The notes beneath the pieces are model-generated. The model had not been told where the DNA came from, ran no database searches, and saw only the letters and a program-made list of their open reading frames with translations. A program made the position numbers and the translations under genes. A stretch of DNA of 63,956 nucleotides, filler included, from Trypethelium eluteriae (lineage: Eukaryota), in the NCBI GenBank assembly GCA_051942245.1. It is 3 parts of 3 records of this genome, joined end to end, with 100 filler letters (N's around TTAATTAATTAA, not from the genome) between each part and the next. Parts side by side here need not be neighbours in the genome. Positions count along the whole stretch, not along the records: positions 46,297 to 63,956 come from JAVECL010000583.1; 2 more parts are not named here. The stretch is one strand, 5' to 3'. Shown here piece after piece: positions 48,676-60,967 of this stretch. The stretch's first letter is position 1, and each line of letters starts with the position of its first letter.

Positions 48676-50791
48676 GATTAGTCTTCGATCATCAAGTCTG
48701 TCACGGATAGCTGCAGAAATTTCGATCCTTGTGGTTATTGTGGTAGTGTGAATCTATGCCCTGAGTCTGGCTTCACCTTCAAACGTGAGAAAGGGTCGGC
48801 AGTGCTCTCCGAAACCGCAGCTGTAGTGTACACTCGCAAGGATATTTTCTTATTCAGGCGCAAACAGGTGCAAACATGAGGAGGGCGAGACATATGAGGT
48901 CGGATTAAGCTATGGATTAGTTTTGACCGTCTTCTTCCATCGAGATGCGACGAATCGAGACTTCATCCTGGCACCCTGGGTGGATTGACTATCGTACCGA
49001 ATCACGGGAATGATACTGTACTCTAGAGGTAGAGCCTAGCCTTCTACTGGCGAGTGTGCGGCTGTGAAACGTCGGCAATTCGGTGATTTCGATCAAACCA
49101 ACCCTTGACTAGCCAGCGCCACCAACGAGATTACGAAGATTACGCGTGGCGCGTATGGTTATTTGAAAGGGGATTACTGTTGCGCCATTCGTCAAGACCA
49201 ACCAAGGTTTGCTTACGCTTAGCTGAAATGTGCAATGTTAACTAGCAATCCACCAGAGACGCCAAACGTACAATGTTTGCCTGGCTCAAATGCATCGTTG
49301 CCTGGGTGGCTGGTGATAGCTGAACCTCTTAAAGGCCAGAATCCTGCAGAGCTTACCACACCACTCACCTATGACGAAATTGAGACTTAGACGAATCGCT
49401 AGAGAGCTTCGAAGCTCCATGTTCGGCTATTTCGCGGAGGCTACCTACCCGCTCAAGCGTTGATATCAGCGTAAGATGTTCGCACCAACACCAAGGGGCA
49501 TCGCTTTTGAGATCAATCGGTCGAAGTACTTAAGCGACTCCAGATGCCGTTGCAGGTTGCTGCAGCCTTACTATGCGTTCGACACGGAATGCTGCCATCA
49601 CTGAGCGGGAGCGGGCCGGCAGAAAGCTGCCGAGACGTAGGGAGGTACCACCATGCCTAGGTGGATGAGACGTACTTTAACTCCTCCGTGATTTGCTGAC
49701 GAACAGATAGTTTAATTCGGGAAGGGTTAAACGTGCAACACCTTGCTTGGTGATCCAGACCTGTAAGAAGACACGAAAAGTGGAAAATCTGTGGGTTCAA
49801 GGCCCAAACTAGAGCCATGTGCCGAAACTTCAAACGCTAAGCTATTCGGGAGTGGACTTTGCAGATCAAGTGCACTTTCATCGTCTCTTTCGACAGTCCA
49901 AGTCCAGGCCTTTGATGGCCCCAATTTTAGGACTTTGCTGTCGATCGTGAAGCTCCTCGATATATATCCGGCATCGACGAGTAGTCTTGTCCTGTCTCGC
50001 TTCGTAAAGGGATGGTCTCAAGAAAAAGTGCCAGTTTGCCGAATTCCTATACTGTATGAGGGGGCCCTCTTTCCAACCAAGTGCCATCTTAAGATTGCGA
50101 AATGAAACTCATCTCACGGAATGCGGCATTTGAATTATGGATAGTGCTGATGGCAGTTTTCGATAAAGTGTGCTCCTCAATCGCTCTCTCCAGGACTTCT
50201 TGATCGGTGGCTGAAAATGGGGGCGAGTTGTTCTCACCTAGTGAGATTTTGGTTAAGTCCCTGTAATCCTTTCGTATGCTAGCCAATGACCCTCATTTTC
50301 TAAGATATCGAGCTCATCTCGGGCTTGATCTAGAAGCGAACGTGGGTTACTGGTTAGTAGACATAACTCCGTACTCGACGCCATTTGCAGGCCTACTAAG
50401 CGAGAGTGCCGGTCGCCTACAATTTGTAGCTGCAGTAAAGGCGCAAGATCTGCATGACATCACAACAGGATCAGTGCAGTACAGATTTAGTCTGTTGCAT
50501 CCCCCGCCAAATTGCTGTGCGATTCGACCCGTCACAGCCAAATGCGTCCACGGTGGTGTCTCTCGCAGGGCTGGTAAGCTATTCCAGTTATATCAACGGT
50601 GTACTATCCTCTCTCACGTCCAGCGCCGACAACGACTAGCCTTACATCTACAACAATGTGCTCTGTCCCCGATGTAGCTATCTAGCTGAACAATGATACA
50701 TCATTCCTCACATGCCAGTCACTGATTCTTATCTCGAGTAATTCCTCTTGGGCTCCACTTCTACTTGTCCTTACGGAACTCTCTTGCCATA

Positions 50792-52187
50792 ATGGATCTT
50801 TCTCCCGAAGAAATTTCCTACGAAGAGGCACACATTCATGACAATCGTGCATATCAGCAAAATATTCCTGTGGCGATCTTTGGTCTCCTTGCCTTCATCT
50901 GCGTCGTACTTCGACCGGTTTGTCGCCGTTTAAGCGGCACACTTCTTGGGCTGGATGATTGGTTAATCATAGCGTCTATGGTAAGTTAAGTCCCAGAAGA
51001 GTTACTGAAGCTGACTCGAGCACTGGTACAGTTCTGCGGAATAGGACTTATCATTACAACATGCCTCAGTGCGTTATTTCGATCAACTGGCCCTGTGTAC
51101 TCAGCGCTAACAGTCCTCATCAAGCTACAACATACGGTGTTGGCAGACACATTATTGCCGTGCAGCCCGAAGATCTCGTGAAGTTCGCAAAAGTCAGTCA
51201 TTTTATAATAATGAATAGGAGAATACTAACTTATTCAGGTAAACTTTGCCTCGGAACTTCTCTACGCGCCCACATTAGCACTAGCGAAACTATCAATATT
51301 GGCATTGTATGCGCGAATCTTCACAACGAACAACAGGTCTTTCGCCTTCGCTATATATGCTGTTGCTGTTTGGATTGTCCTATGGTTCATTGGATCCTAC
51401 CTTAGCATATTCTTGGAATGCCGACCAATCTCATCTTACTGGACATCAGGGTGTCAACTGTCATTTGAAACTTCTGTCGCAACCTCCGTCCTCAATATCA
51501 TTTCTGATGTGATGGTCGTGGCTCTTCCAAGCTGGCATATTTGGAGGCTCCAGATGTCGACGCAACAGAAAGTCGGCGTTGCAGCACTATTAGGGCTTGG
51601 TGCATTGTAAGAATTCTTGTCATTGTTTAAATCTTATGCCGTTGAATTATCCTGACCACCGACGCATAGGGCGACAGCCATGAGTATAGCGCGAATCGCC
51701 ATCCTGAGCGCCGAATCACATCAGAACTCTCCAGACATTACTTGTAAGTATGGCTAGTCTCGCTGCTATTCCCGTAATTTGTTCTGCTGCTTTGTAACAG
51801 TGTATACACCATGGCAAATGCTGACATTCGGTCGCCTTAGATATTTTTGTCAATGTCTATGTGTTCACTGTCTGTGAACCTATGATCGCAATAATCTGTG
51901 CTTGCTTGCCAATCCTTCAAAAGCCTCTTCGCAAGTCTCAGCGGTCGATCCTGAGTCTCTCCGTCTTACGTTCGCTGTTACGGTCGGATCGCGAAAAATC
52001 TGCAGTCTCAGATAGCAGAGGAACGTGGCCTACAGTGGCAGACGATCAAGGCGCAGCTGGTAGAGAATACGACTTGGAGAAGGCCTCGACCGGAACAACG
52101 GCGAGATCTCCATCCAGAGATAAGGATATGGGTGATCACGAGTTAGATGATATGCACCTACCAATTGTGGAGAGGCCCGTGGTGTAA
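50792..52187 (+). CDS. PTH11-like (fungal rhodopsin-domain) integral membrane protein, multi-exon
   Basis: LGLDDWLII, YGVGRHI, AKLSILALYARIF, FLECRPISSYW, NIISDVMVVALP, IWRLQMSTQQK, EPMIAIICACLP. Confidence 0.9.
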
Positions 52188-53207
52188 TCAGCCACAATTT
52201 TGCGCGTTGCAAATTTTCCACCATGAGAACACGATGCTTGATCTCTTTATCACGAGTTTACTATCATTTTAATGCACGATAATTTCCATTCAATCAGCAT
52301 AGCTCATGTACTGTCCATCAGGAGCTAGAGCTACTCTCACTGCAAACCATGTTCACGCGTCTTAGAAAGAATCTTATCACGTTACTACGTCGCTAGTGTT
52401 GCAGAAATCCTCAATATTCATTCGATTTTCCATTAGCAAGATAAGCATAGAAACGGCTAAGTCTGCCACACTTGTTGAGTAAGGCATCAACTGAAGTTCC
52501 CCAGCAATATCTCCCTCTTTTCCCCAAAATCATAGTTATTCATCCTCTAGATGTTCGGGGCACCCCCCAGTCGGATCTTGCGGGAGTGAAACGATTTGCA
52601 ACCAAGTTCTTGGAGTTCATTGTTCAAGGATGCAGTCCTCTACTGAATAATAGCAGATGCTGTATTCCTGTTGAGGGTCTCCCCGACTTGAAACCTGAAA
52701 ATGGTATTGGGGATACAGTCGATCGTGACAGTTGAAATGTCTACGAGTTCCAATCGCAGTGCTTGGACTTGAATGCCAGGACTACTTTACTATCTGCCAC
52801 AGGCATATCATAATAAGTACTGTCACAGAACATCAAGCACACATCAACTACATTTGTATGAATTTGATCTGAAAGAGAACCAATAAATGCAATCTTCGAC
52901 GAATACATTAGAGAGTGAATTGCTGGCGGGTTGCTACTGGGAATAATCCATATTGATGCAGACCACCACGCTATCTTACCTGTCACTCACGATACCACCG
53001 TGAAGGACGTCATGACCAGATTGGTATTTTTGATTGATACACGGATTTTAGCCCCGTCTCTAACCCAACCTGTGGTTTTTCGTCCGTCTCAGTCCCCGCG
53101 CCTTCCATATAGACGAGAATCAGACGAGCGTGCTGACTATCATGACAATTCTGAGGCTGAGTGGCAGAGTTAACTAATCTGGCATTTTCGAGGAGGATGA
53201 AACCCCA

Positions 53208-54782
53208 TCAACGACGAAGATGCGGGCTGTGAGGAGCGCCCACGTATGGCTGAGTTTGCAGCTTATTGTGCTTTCTGAAACCATTGTTATTGAAGGTGTT
53301 CGGTGACGCCGGAACTGCTGGAAAGTCCTCAAGATACCCAACGTCCCAATTATCTCTCATTCGTCGCATTACCAGGTCCGTATTCGACTGCAGTTTCTCG
53401 TAGCTAATGAAATTTGCAAGGGTCCCGGTAACATATGCCGCCGATAGTGAAGTTCCTCTTTGAAATGTGACACCGAACTCGTCACCTAGATAGCCCGCGC
53501 ACATTACAGTCTCTCCCGGCGCAGACAGAGCGATATTTGGTCCGTAGTTCGAGAAACTGGCTTTTCTATATCGTCTATCCACCGAAGCAACACAGACTGT
53601 ACCGCGTATGTTACATGGGATTGCGTTGACAGCATCTTTGTCTTCATTTCCAGCCGAGACCACGACAGGAATTCCAGCGCGTAGCACTTCCTGGATCGCT
53701 ATTTCCAGAGCTAGGCTTCGATCAGATCCGAACAATGACATGTTGATGACTGATCCCGCAAAACGAGAGGGTCGGTCCTGGTTCTGCTTCTTGGTGTTGT
53801 GCGTATCTCTCACATCACTGTCATGATACGATCAGCGCCGTGCCCTTTGGATCCCTAATGTAGGGTCGTCGAAGAGCTTTCGGACTCACTTTAATGCTTT
53901 CACAACGGCCGAGAGTGGAGCTCCTCTTCCACTCCCGACTTTGAGATTAATGATATTCGCGCGCTTCGCAATCCCGAGCGCCTTTCCACCGGCAAGAGAC
54001 GCTACACAGGTGCCTAGAGAGCTTATTAGATGAGCATATAAATCAGAAGAAGTCTTGCTCATTGCAGTAAGGGTTAAGATTGATATCAGGGAAGAGGGTC
54101 AGGCCTCGACGCATGTGACTGCACGAATCCGGGTCTAAAGGGAAGCGCAAAGCGTTGACATACCATGTGAGTCCGCATCTTCCATCGTACTGTGCGAAGC
54201 GTTGAGGTATGGTGTATGGTGCCAGCCTCTGAAATTAGAAGCTCGACTTTCAAATTCAGGATGATGAATCTTGATGCCTGAGTCTAAGATGTAGATGTCT
54301 ACACCGCTGCCTGACTCGTTCCAATACCAAAATCCATCTGCTGTAGGTAGGGACATTTTTTCCGCAGAAGATTGCATCACGAGGTCGGGAGGCGCGAGAT
54401 CCTCTACTGCCGCTTGCCAACGCTTCATTGTATTCCTCTCCGTTTCTGCTGGTAATAGGTTAGGCATATGGGCGACGCTGGTGGCTTCGACCCATTCGAC
54501 TCCGCTATCGCTCCTAATGATATTTTGTAATACTGATTCATTGACTTTGATGTGATATCCTGGCAGGATATCTAAGCTGTAGTAATCGTCCCCCAATAGC
54601 GCGATGTTCAAGCCGACGTGACTCAGATGGTTCTGTAAGGTGTAATTACTCTTGAACTTAACCATGTAGCTGTCCTGGATTGATTCAGATGCATTCTGGT
54701 GGTGCACATATGGCGCAATTGAGACTGCCGTTGTCGAGACTGCTGACGCACTCATCAACACCCAAGCAAGGTGCCGAACCAT
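53208..54782 (-). CDS. Secreted subtilisin-like (S8A) serine protease with I9 propeptide, 3 exons (54782-54164, 54013-53890, 53817-53208)
   Basis: Signal peptide, I9-like IQDSYMVKFK, catalytic Asp (YILDSGI), His (SHGTCVAS after splicing), oxyanion Asn (SAGN), Ser (GTSLSAA). Confidence 0.9.
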
Positions 54783-56110
54783 TACATCGATGCCCGACAC
54801 CACTTGGGAGAGGGACGTGATGTCATCAAGCTAATGGTTAAAGTTTTCTTGAGAAAAGAAAAGAAAGGACGCCAAATGGTTCTTATACGGAGCCGCATTT
54901 TCTATCAGTATCAGGAGGGCCGCGAAACCGGCCTTCCAACCGCTCTGAGAGAAGATCAAAACAGCTAGAAATCTGGCCCTCGTTCTTTAGTTAGGAATCA
55001 ATCAGCGTGATGCTACTTCAATGACGCCATGAATTACCACGTTTCTGCAGTCACGGAAGCTAGGAGTACGCAGAGCCTCTCGTGACAAGGCAGCTGCTCA
55101 GTGAATGACAGCTGGCCGTTGTCTGTTAAATGTAGAATGTACAATGTAGAATGTTCCGTTTAATGAATCTCTTGTTTCGGATTCGCCGCTGGTCTCGCAT
55201 GGCAACTTATTCAGGATGAGTCCCTGCCGTATCGTCACTGGCATTCGGCCGAGCATCCCTTGCATTTGTATAGTGGCCTCTCGCAAGCGAAGTGAGAGAC
55301 TAGCAATATCTGCAAGCAGTGGGAAAAGTGCCTAAGACCTTGTGCTGTTTTCTTTGCGATTTTCCTGCGCCTCTGAATTTATTTGTCGCTGATCTCCCAT
55401 TTAAATCGTCTGATTCACGCAAGCCGAATCGATCGACGGAGGTATTGAGTGAGAAGGTCGCCCGTGCAATGAAACAGGGGGACCTGGAAACCGAAGTATA
55501 ACCACATCCCACAACCACAACGATGACGCAGGTGCGCACTGATCTAATCAAAACGGCATGTTCGCGCCGATAACACATACCATATTTTCCGATATGTGGC
55601 TTAAGTACGGAGTACAGATATCTATATTCTCTTCAGCCGTTGTCTTTGAATCTGACTCAGAGCTACCTTAAATGCTGCTGGATCAGGGATATTATCCTAT
55701 TGGCTTTCAGGTAATCCTCAGTAGAATCGAGGAGGTGAAGCAATCTGCAGCCAAGTTCTTCCAATCTGTCTTTCTTTTCTTTTTCTCGTTTTGTCTCTCT
55801 CTCATTTTTGGTGGAGAATGCAGCCCACAGAGTAGATGATGGCAGATGCCAGTGTTTTCATTGAGGGTCTCCCCAGTCGAAATATCGCTTTGGAAATGGG
55901 TCACACCCGGACCCTACAGTTGTAAATTCTATACTAAATCTTACAAAGGTCCGTGTTGTTCAGTCCTCCCGCCTCACAAACCGGATCATTTTGCTTCCGA
56001 TGTACAAAAGTAGAAATACAGAGCACGGTGTATCGCAACTACCAAAGGCATTATCCGCTGATCCCAAGATTTGCACATAGTTGTTAAGACTCTAGCCATT
56101 GCCATCCATT

Positions 56111-57859
56111 CTACGGCTCCAATCCTCTTTTGAACAGCAATTGGCGACGAACGAGCGCCCAGTCATCGTCATTCCGGCACTCCGGGGTCTCTTGAATGAT
56201 TCGGATGCATTCTTTCGACAGCTTCCCCAATCCGGCAGGACTGTTCGATGAAGAGGCTACGCTTATGACAGCTAAGATGGCTGATTCCATGACTTCGCTA
56301 TCGAGAATAAGCTCCGCCATAGTCTGTGATTCACAGAAGTTCCAATGGGTTATGAGACTTTGGTATACACTTTCTGCCACTGGTAGGCCTCCTTTGGCCA
56401 GAACGAGAGCAACTTGCTGCATGCACAGAACCCAGAGCTCCACTATTTTCTGCTTCACGCCAGGCGAAAAGTCACCGAGCTTTGGAAATGACCATTGCAT
56501 AAGGGTTTCCCACTTGCCATAATCATCGTCGCCGTAATGGATGTCCAGATGCTGGGGTGCCGATGCGATCAGCTTTAGCTGCGTGCGAGGGCTCAGAAAC
56601 CCACCCAGGCAATGCGTGCAGCTGCAGTCGAACTTCAATCGCTGGAAGATTTCTGGCGTAGTGTACAAGAAGCTGCAGAGCTGCAATTGGCAGTCTACGG
56701 ATGCATCGTCGTGGCCTTCAAATATGAACTCTGGGTGCTCTTCTAACCTCTTTCTGGTCGCTGCTCGAGCGGAGAGTAGGGCTTCTAAAGGAGTCTGTCG
56801 GTCAAAATTTCTCCACATTTGGACCTCTGGTGGACAGTTGGCCTTGAGCCATGAGATGAAATAGGGCTTCGAAGAGAGCGCAGCTAAATGGAATAAAGTG
56901 TTGCCATTCGCGTCAATCCGCCGGAGATCGTCAGGAGAAAAATTTCTTGGCATGAGTTGGAAAAGCTCACAGCAGTCTTCGTCTCGCATTCCTTTTAAGA
57001 CCTCGACATGGAGCAAGCTGTGCTGATTTCGCTCGGAGAAGAAATGGCATGCAGACAGGTTAAAATCAAGGGATGGGGAGCAGCGGTGTGCCGGGTGATT
57101 CATTTCTGAAGACCACGCAAACCATTGGGTCATGCCCACACGTCTGAACCCGTTTGCTCGCCAGAAAGCCTCCAACGTATTGACAGTTTCAGGATTATTT
57201 CGGCAGTCCTTGATCGCTTTTCCCTCAAAGTCGACCACATGCATGGCTTGAGCGCAATCGCCATCATGAGGAATGGCGGTCCATGCAAATGCAAAGAACG
57301 AGCGACCACGTAGTCGGGAAGCTTCGTAAAGCATACGTTTAATGAGCGTCGGTGCGATATTGCCATATCGAGGATCCAAGAGTACCTCTGATTTGCCGAT
57401 CACAAGAATATCTCCATCATTCAGCTCGTAATTCCAAAGTCCAGATCCAGACTTAAGTGCGCATTGTGTGAATTCTGGTTTCAAACATCCTGTTTCATCG
57501 AACACTGTTTCGGCAAGCAACGCAGTATCCTTGCTCCGAAGCTCCATATGGGTCTGGAAGTTATGGCGGATCTTTTCTCGCTCGATGAACAGTGAGTTGC
57601 ATCTGGCAATCTCAGCATCATGAGCCAATTGTCCTTGTTCAAACCGAATATGAGCCGAGCAGAAGATGCCTTCAATCCAATGCAAAGCTGGTTGGTGCGA
57701 TTCCCATGGTCCGGGAACCTCATCTCGCTCGCGACGCACTTTAACCTGTAACGACTCCTGCGGCGAATCGTGAGCGATGCCAGCGCTCACTCTCCTTCGC
57801 TTCTCCGGGGTGACCTGCACAGCATCGATGCGACGTTTCCTGCTCAGCGTCGCGGGCAT
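56111..57859 (-). CDS. Ankyrin-repeat protein with GNAT-like N-terminal segment and Cys cluster, intronless
   Basis: Ankyrin motifs DANGNTLFHLAA and RNFDRQTPLEAL; FWRANGFRRVG; CSCTHCLGGFLSPR; PECRND; NLS-like RKRR and KRRR. Confidence 0.8.
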   Translation of the reverse strand: MPATLSRKRRIDAVQVTPEKRRRVSAGIAHDSPQESLQVKVRRERDEVPGPWESHQPALHWIEGIFCSAHIRFEQGQLAHDAEIARCNSLFIEREKIRHNFQTHMELRSKDTALLAETVFDETGCLKPEFTQCALKSGSGLWNYELNDGDILVIGKSEVLLDPRYGNIAPTLIKRMLYEASRLRGRSFFAFAWTAIPHDGDCAQAMHVVDFEGKAIKDCRNNPETVNTLEAFWRANGFRRVGMTQWFAWSSEMNHPAHRCSPSLDFNLSACHFFSERNQHSLLHVEVLKGMRDEDCCELFQLMPRNFSPDDLRRIDANGNTLFHLAALSSKPYFISWLKANCPPEVQMWRNFDRQTPLEALLSARAATRKRLEEHPEFIFEGHDDASVDCQLQLCSFLYTTPEIFQRLKFDCSCTHCLGGFLSPRTQLKLIASAPQHLDIHYGDDDYGKWETLMQWSFPKLGDFSPGVKQKIVELWVLCMQQVALVLAKGGLPVAESVYQSLITHWNFCESQTMAELILDSEVMESAILAVISVASSSNSPAGLGKLSKECIRIIQETPECRNDDDWALVRRQLLFKRGLEP

Positions 57860-58928
57860 CAGAAAAGTCCTCTCCCAACACCTGTAGTAAGATACAGGAG
57901 AGTGTGTTTGATCCCAGCGAAACCGGTCAAGCGCACGCGGTTGGTTGTTGCACCGCGACGGCGCTTTGCCCGAATGAGTAGTTCCGCTCTCCTTTCTGAC
58001 TGCTATTTTAATATACCCTGCTAGTGTTCGGTGAGTCCGTGACCTTCAAAACGAAACTCGGACGAGGAGGTGTAATAGGAAGCGTTGGAGGATCCAATAT
58101 GACTGCAGTGATAGAAGAATCGTTGTTCTTGAAGTTGACTCTGCTTTAGATTGACCTAGCAAGCAAAAAAACGGACGTGTAGGGAAACAGAATTTAAGGG
58201 GTGGAGAACATCGCAGGTTTTCCGTCTAAAAATAGAGTAGAACACCACCGACTTTTAAACTTGACGATATGACAATTGCCAGGTAAACACAAGTCCAGAG
58301 AGAAATTCAATAGACGCAAAGTGGCATCGTGCATAGATGCTCGGTCACTCTGTAATTGAATATCTTACGAATGATATAGGAGCTTTTCGCGTTTGCATAA
58401 GTTTGTACCTAATTAGCATAGGCGTCAGGCATGCATCACCCGGCCGCACAGTTTGTAAGCGTCCACGGTGCCCCCTGATTAAGTCTTCTGCACCCTTAAT
58501 GCCGTCATTCCCACACAAACTTGACTTGAAAACTTCTCGTCTACCATTAGTACTTCAGCGTCTCTCAGATGCGCTTTTCTATGGAGCCAGAATCCGCTAG
58601 TGATAAGATTGCGGCTGAATCTTCGTATCGCCCCCTGACCAAGTCATGGCGGAGCGCTGGGGGCTGCCCTGCGCCCAATCTGCCCCCGTAGTAAAGCACA
58701 CAGTTGGTGACTTTACGATTTTCTGTCTCATTCACGTTTGGCTACCGTCATTCTGCAATGTTTCAGTCGTCCCTTAGACTTTACAATACATTTCTACATT
58801 TCTTGGGAGCATCTTAAACTTGGTATTGAGGCAAGGATCCAGACTTCATGGTCCAACCGCAGGCCAACCGGCTCGAGAGGGCGGATGCGAGCGATTTTGA
58901 AGATTGGAGGATGCGATCAGAAAGACTT

Positions 58929-59624
58929 ATGGCAACCCCAGAAAAGGCCCTGCGACCCGCCAGTTCGACGCCGCGCAAATGGCATACCCGCTCCACTGGA
59001 TGCCTCTGGCCCGTAACGACATGTGAGCGCAGCAACTCTATAACTCATATGCGAGCTCTTGAGATGGGTAATTGACCACATGGCATAGGTTGTTTGGCAG
59101 TCTGGTGTCCATGCGTATTATTCTCCCGGATCCATCATCGAACACGGAAGGATAGAACGATGAGCGATTTCAAGATTGTCAATACCACAGTGAGTTGACT
59201 TTTGCGCTTCCAAATGCGCTCCAGTTAATAAGTGATGGCGTAGTGTATCCTATGGTGCGGTGCTGCGACCCTCGGTCTCCAATGGATTCCCCAACTTATG
59301 CAACGTGCCGACCTCCGGCAGAAGTACAATATTCAGGGCGATTGGATGTCAGATTTGTTCTGCGCATTCTGCTGCAACTGTTGTGACATGATTCAGCAAG
59401 AGAAGGAATCAATATTTCGAGAAGAGGAGTTACCTCTATCGGCGGCACAATACAGCAACAACGAGCAGATGCAGTATTCAACACAGTTTCCACGGACGCC
59501 AGAGCAACACGGGGTTCATCTTTTGCATCCTGAGCCAAGCATGCAGACGATGTCATCACAGAGATCTATGGATTCGTATCCGGCATCCAAAGGAACTCCG
59601 CATCGTTATTCAGACGACATATAG
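58929..59624 (+). CDS. PLAC8-family Cys-rich membrane protein, 3 exons
   Basis: Spliced product contains WHTRSTGC, TCCLAVWCPCVLF, QRADLRQKYNIQG, FCCNCCDMIQQEKE. An upstream in-frame ATG at 58848 is possible. Confidence 0.88.
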
Positions 59625-60463
59625 CCCTCGCCGCCAAGTGAAGAGATGGTAGCTCGTGGAACGGCATTGGGTGAGCAGACACAACCGCCGGCGTTACGAA
59701 TAAGCCAGTTGCGGCACTACACTCAATTAAAACATTTTTGGAGCATTCTGCATTTGTTTGGAGCAATGGAACGTAGTCAGCAGAAGTAGGTTCACTGCAT
59801 ATGCATGCTCTGGTGATAAGAGCCTTTTGGTCAGAGCCGTCTTATGTGCAACGAATAAATTCTATTATGTCTATATAGCGCTTGTATCTCTTTTATTGTC
59901 CTGTAGATCATTGCGAGGCTCTCAGGAATGCAGAGAATCAAACTTTGGACATTATGCAATCAGATACAAGCATTGAAGGTTGCAGTAAGAACTGTCGGCG
60001 GACCACACCGGTACTTCAGATGACTGCCTCTTACTCCAAATTTTACTGGGGTATTCCTCCGTGGTATAAACTCAAAATACAGTTTGAGTGTAAATAATCT
60101 CAGAGGATCTACTTTAATCTCCTACTAAGCGCCTAAAGCTTCCCTTGTCTCTCCAAGACCAGCCTGGGATCGTGCTAGCAACCTGCGCCGGATCAAGGAC
60201 TCGCCCTCGGCCGTATTGAGGTTGTGAATCGTGAGCTTGACGTGGAACAAGAAATCCTCGCTAACAGTCTCAGTAATAAACCTCTAGTTACAATACACTT
60301 AACTTTACAAATAATTTTTAAGCTTTTGGTCTGGACACAAATAGCACATTGACTGCTATCAAGAAATCTAGCTATAGCAAAGTAAAAGACAGTGCCACGC
60401 AGCTTGACAAAGCTCTCCGATCTTTTCCGTAGAACAGTGTCCTTCAAGGGAAAAAATGTCAGT

Positions 60464-60967
60464 TCAATGACTATGAACTGTAACAGTCTGGCAGCCTTCC
60501 GGTTGTCCGCTTGTTGCCACGAGGCTGACAACACCAGTCGATTCATCGGTACAGGCCAGAAGTGCACCTCCTGTGAATTCTAAGACCTTCGTATCAGGAT
60601 CAGACTCTTGGGCAGTGAGAAGCCATTGGTTTGAGGATGAGCCGTTTGGTGGCTGCCCAGAGTTGATATAGTGCACTGAGCCGTCTTGACCATCGGTATA
60701 CACGTAGCTGTATCCCTCGCTGAAGCCCAGCACACTCAGCTGACCATTTACGGAACCGGAGTCGAGGAAGAGGAACTGGTGCGCAGAAACGTTATTGCTC
60801 AGAATGATGTTGTTGTTTGTTGCAGTAAGATTGAGACATTCACTCGGATTGCTGAGTTCGCCGGCGAAGTAGAACGGCCCTTCAGCTGTCCGTTTCAAGT
60901 GGTGAGGACTAGCATAAACGGTAGTGATAGCGGTTAAGAGGCAGATGATGACTGTAAGGAGATTCAT
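60464..60967 (-). CDS. Small secreted beta-rich protein (cell-wall protein-like), 167 aa
   Basis: Signal peptide MNLLTVIICLLTAITTVYA, Kex2-type LKR site, C-terminal LLAC...PEGCQTVTV pattern; TATAAATA on the minus strand near 61102-61109. Confidence 0.8.
   Translation of the reverse strand: MNLLTVIICLLTAITTVYASPHHLKRTAEGPFYFAGELSNPSECLNLTATNNNIILSNNVSAHQFLFLDSGSVNGQLSVLGFSEGYSYVYTDGQDGSVHYINSGQPPNGSSSNQWLLTAQESDPDTKVLEFTGGALLACTDESTGVVSLVATSGQPEGCQTVTVHSH

Noticed and set aside
52472..53173. Short ORFs between the PTH11-like gene and the subtilisin
   Set aside because: No start context, motif or splice pattern that joins them into a credible gene.
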